Shown here: piece by piece, positions 59,557 to 64,000 of the stretch
How the letters are laid out: the number at the start of each line of letters is the position of its first letter
Position numbering within the stretch: position 1 is the first letter of the stretch
Assembly: GCA_950097015.1 (NCBI GenBank)
Contig: CATNEN010000002.1
Location: 4,402,001 to 4,466,000 of the forward strand
Direction: 5' to 3'
DNA: 64,000 bases
From: Macrostomum hystrix
Lineage: Eukaryota; Animalia; Platyhelminthes
Notes under the pieces: generated by a model
The model's database searches: none
Seen by the model: the letters and a program-made list of their open reading frames with translations, nothing else
Told to the model about the DNA's origin: nothing
Made by a program: the position numbers and the translations under genes

Positions 59557-62500
59557 TGCCAAAACAGTTAAACAGCAGTTTTAGTATAGCTAGCGAACAC
59601 GAGCAATGAAGCTTTCTTTCTTTGCCACCACTTACAGCAGCCGTAAAAATTTTTAAAACAGTTTTTCGTAAACTTTCTCTCATTTGTGTATGCAAACTTC
59701 TTAAAACAAAATTTATTTTGGCGAAAACCAACTTTTTTTCCACGCAATTGGGTTCACAAAGTTATTGAAGCATCGATCTGACAATCTAATTTCCTCATTA
59801 GTGCAGACAGTTTGACGAAAAGAAGTTCAATTTGACCCTTTCAATGGATTCCCAGTCGCGACACTATTAGATTCATAAGTACGAATCGTGGCTTGATTTG
59901 TGTCCTGTGTAAAATCACCAGACGAAATAACTGTGAAATAAAAAATAAGCAGGCAATTTGTACGCTTTACAAGAACCGTTTAGCAGGAAAACTTACATTT
60001 TTACTAGTAAGAATAATGTCTTACGCATCGCATCAATGTCCTGAAAAAACTTCCCCCGGGTTTGCAGCTAACTCAACAGTGTGGAGTCGCTGACAGCTCA
60101 CTGACTTTTCCTCTTCAAATCCCTCAGCTTCACTGTCTCTATCTTACTTCCAGCAAGTCAGTCAGTCTACTCGCCCATTTGCTTAGGGACATTGGGACCA
60201 TCTAAGAGCTAATTTCAGTAGCGGCAACAAGAGAAAGAACAAGTTAGGCGAAGACGAGGAAAATAGTCTGCCTGAGAACGAATTAGCTGAACCATCATTG
60301 TCAAGAAGAGAAAAGTGACCCTTAAGACTGTAGGAGTAGCTTGACTAACTACTAATTAGTCAGTTCGGTGATGGTTTCTCCGCTCTCCATTTTTAGCTTT
60401 CTAGCCTGAAAACGATTTAAAAAACAAGCAGCTGAGCAGCTGTCAGCCTTTTTAAAGACTTCCGCAAAAAGAACTCATTTTCTAAAAAATATTTCGTTCT
60501 TTAAAAAACACAGCCTGTGCGCTTTAGCCAGACGTAGTTTATTTAAAAATGCACCGAGAAAAGGGGGCTTTTTGATAGTCTATTATACAAAACTGATCGG
60601 TACCAGACAATGGGATGGATTTAGATGGTTGATTGATAGATCTCTTCTGAATGATTAAGAAGGGCTAATTTAGGCCTGTCTCACCCTCGTGTTTTAGCGT
60701 ACAATAACCTTTTTCTTATGTTTTGCTTTTTGTTTTGTTAACATTTTGGGTAATCAGTTAGTGTATTACTAAAAAAGGAATTTCTTAGCACACCATAATT
60801 GATCTGAGTGTCTGGAGTGCTCAAACTTTGTACAAATTAGTGCACTTTCAATTTTAGTTAGTCTCTTTGACGCTAATCTAACTGAGGCCGCGTTGGAGGC
60901 CACCAAACATGTAGAAGCGTTTCAAACCAGTAAAAGTGCACAATAAAAACCAAACTACCGTTAGTTACCGCTTTGCAAAGTACATCTTCATCGCAGCTCT
61001 AGCTTCTTAAAACAGAGCATTATGCTACGAACACTGCGCTCATTAGCATGCATACTATTCTTATTAATATAAGCTGCTCGCACTGTTGTGCCAGAAACTC
61101 TTTTCTACTTTTTATGGGCACTGAAATCCGTCTCCAACATTCGATTTGACACACGCGCAGCTCTTACCCTTCGAGACTTCCTCCGACTCCATCCCCGGTG
61201 CATCCCACCTCCAATGGATTCCTCTTCCAACAAGTCATTGCAGGAAGATGGAGCGAGCGGCGAAGTGAGTCAGGAGGTCGCCAAAGTTTTTTCGTTTTCC
61301 TTCTTTCCTTATTCTCAGTTTCTTTCGCCGCTTCTTCTGAGGCCTACCCAGGCTGGGGCAATCAGTCTAATAAACTGAACAAATAGACTTTGCTCAGCCC
61401 CTGCTGCCCCGCGATCAATGGCAAATACCTGGGCTCGATGGAGGCCAGAGGCTGCACCGGGAAGGAAGGAATAAGGAAGGGCGAAGGATTGAGCCTAATT
61501 TTTAAGTTGTAATGACTTCTTTGTAAGGCCTCTTTCTGACAGACTATTCTCTTCAACCAACATATAATAGCAAAGTGAAAGATAAGGCATCTCTTTCCCA
61601 TCCTACCTCCATTACTCACCTGACTGCCGTCGAAGTGTAAAATCGATTGCACCCCTAGTCTACTCTGCTTAATGCTGAGAGCAGTGTTTTATCGGCACTC
61701 ATTTCTTGTCTGCCTATCACTTTTTTGTCTTGAAATTGGTGAGTAATTAGCCCGGACAGAGCACTGTGGACATGAATCGCTGTCAGGATCCTCCGGTCTT
61801 CAGTATTAATCTTGTCTGCATTTCAATTCTGCCCGTAAGCCACTCTATAACGCATTTAGCGCTGGTCTCTCTAGGGAAAGTGTCACATTAGAGCTGCCTT
61901 GCCGGCGGTAAAATATGACTGCGAACTGCTGCAGCAAAGTGCGGCCATCAGAGGAAGACAAGACATGCTCTGTCTAACCAGAGCGACGGACCACTCGTAG
62001 AGTTAAATAAAATCACATCACTTGAATGATCTACTACCAGTCGTATCGCTTTTCGAAATTCAAATTGACAGCGTAATCTTGCACCTTCGTCTGGACTTCT
62101 ACTTTGCTTTTCTGTCAACATCTGCCCGACAGCTTGCCATGTCTCCTGGAGTCTTGCTTCCGGCTTTCAGCAGCTCTCCGGGTGTCTCTGCTGACTTACG
62201 AGCTTACGAGTTTGGTGTCTGCTTTCGCGCCAGCCTGCCAGACCATGGCACCTCCACTCCGTAGCATTGGTCCGCTGCTTAGCAATTCATTTCTTTGAAA
62301 AGTAATCGGAAGGCCAAATCCGGAGCGGCCGGGTTGTGTTTTAAAATGTGCCAACCGCATGGACAAGCCAGCCGCGGATCATTTACCGAGTGCTTCCATT
62401 AGCTGGTCGGCTTCTTATCAGTCGAGGTGTAAAACTGTGCAATATTCTTCTGTGGCTAAGGAAGAAAAATGGTCGAATTTGTCGGTGGAATTCCTATCTG

Positions 62501-63596
62501 TCTTTTTTTCTTAGTCCGATAACTTTTCTTCATCTTCTTTTAGATTCGAAGCAGGAAATTGTTGAAATTTTTCTACGCACTCGTAACTTCCAATACCTCT
62601 CCGCGCATTTGAAATGCAGCTTTTATTGAGTTTTTTTTATCAAACAAATATTAGTTAAAAACATTCCCACTACTACTTAGCTGTCTGATAATTCAGTAGC
62701 TTACGTGAGTGAAAATTGCGCTTCTAAACTTCTGCTCTTACAGTTAACTCGTTGTTTCATGCTTTTCGCGAAGAAAGGCATGTGGGGTCAGGTCAGTGAT
62801 ACGAGTACTTAAATCTAATTCGTGGCGTTATTTAGGACCTAAAAATCGTATTTTTTAAGTACATGTTACACCGACGTCCACAGATGACTCTCAAACTGTC
62901 TCTCGAACTGCCAGACTGAGAATTCGCTTTAAGAACGGATTGTGCAGTTAGTGCCTAATAGTACTTGCAAGCGAGGTCCACTGCTTATGGAAGTGTTGTT
63001 CGAATTAGTAAAACATCGCTCGTTCAAAATTTTTGAGAACTTCTAATATCACAAGAAGCCTCTTAAAAAATAACAATAACATTCTAATTCTCAATTTTCT
63101 AATCATACGCTGGTACTTCACAAAAGTTCATATTAGCAGCGTTCACGTACTCCCCTAATCAAGTGCGCACGAACTCCACGTGAGAACCGAGACGAGACAA
63201 GGTTATTGACAGCTACATTTTGTAATTTGACGAGCGAGAGTCAACTGTCACTCTAAGCTCTGAAAGTAGATGCTGAATTGTTTCTACACGAAAACCTACT
63301 CAAAGTGAATCTCAAAGGCTTAACAATAGGTTATTGACAAGCAGTTCCATTGCTGTCAATCTGTTGAAAGAAGCACGACGCGGCTCACGCACAGCTCACT
63401 ATCAAATATTCATTCTCAAATGCTCACAATTTCCTTTATAGATCGTTCTCTAGGTGTGAATAATCTGTTGTGCAACCAGAGTATCTACTTCAAATTGAAG
63501 TCTCATCTAAAACATACGAGACTTCGCAATCGTTCTGTTTAGATACCTATCAGCTATATTTCCAAAAGGCTGCCTAAGAAGTCACTTTCGGTTGCC

Positions 63597-64000
63597 ATGC
63601 TGCTTCTGTTCATAATCACAATCAGTTGGCATCCCGTGACTGCGGGTGGCTCATTTCAGAGACTTTGGTGGTCGAGTCGCGAGAGCCTCGATAATTACCT
63701 GGCTGTGAGGTTGCGCTCATTTGTTAGTGAAGCCCATTGCATCGCAGCTGCCACTCCCGACTCCGCTGTGCAGCTGGTGGCCTTCAACGCCAGCTCAAGG
63801 CTGTGCACTCACTTCAGGTGTCGCCTGGGCCTGAGCCACTGCAGGAAGTGCCGCAATGCGAACCAGGGAGCTCAGCGAGTGTGGGTGAGTGACGGCTCAG
63901 TTCGCATCTTTTTAATGATGAGTGTTACCGTCTTAGCTGTTTTTACTCCGTGTCATCATTCCAGACAGCTACAAATGAGTGCTGGACCACCGTGCAGCAC
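63597..64000 (+). CDS. 5' part of a secreted Cys-rich protein gene (runs off the window)
   Basis: Exon 63597-63884: MLLLFIITISWHPVTAG signal peptide, then ...SEAHCIAAA...VAFNASSRLCTHF (PAN/apple-like spacing, by eye). 80-bp GTGAGT...CCAG intron. Exon 63965-64000 TATNECWTTVQH is in phase. Confidence 0.75.
   Translation, partial: MLLLFIITISWHPVTAGGSFQRLWWSSRESLDNYLAVRLRSFVSEAHCIAAATPDSAVQLVAFNASSRLCTHFRCRLGLSHCRKCRNANQGAQRVWVSDGSVRIFLMMSVTVLAVFTPCHHSRQLQMSAGPPCS

Noticed and set aside
60900-62630. Several short ORFs with exon-like patches
   Set aside because: No consistent splice phases, strand or homology could be established by eye.

Overview
This is eukaryotic, intron-rich, repeat-laden invertebrate genomic DNA; the style fits a free-living flatworm such as Macrostomum, but that is inference only. 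Host genes: (1) a minus-strand NMDA-type glutamate receptor subunit, most similar to GluN3 across M1-M3, with exons from 23920 down to 7467 and its M4/C-terminal exons beyond the left edge; (2) a 17-exon plus-strand gene (35613-45729) encoding a Gly/Tyr-, Pro- and Ser/Thr-rich protein with a C-terminal EF-hand-like domain; (3) an intronless DEG/ENaC channel (53844-56054); (4) the start of a secreted protein gene at the right edge. Mobile DNA: a full-length, intact two-ORF APE-RT-RNaseH LINE (26686-33059, 14-bp TSD); a 5'-truncated intact RT-RNaseH LINE inserted in a (GCT)n tract; an LTR-less Ty3/Gypsy pol relic; two tRNA-derived SINE families, one with a CORE domain; and several satellites. 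The most notable observation is that the first base after the full-length LINE's 5' TSD begins a complete HDV-like (nested double pseudoknot) ribozyme fold. It has a ~155-nt structured J1/2 insertion and a covarying AC/GU P1.1, and is followed by about 6.5 tandem 97-98-bp hairpin-rich monomers and an ORF2 that lacks an AUG start. Most long ORFs over satellites in the supplied track are artefacts.
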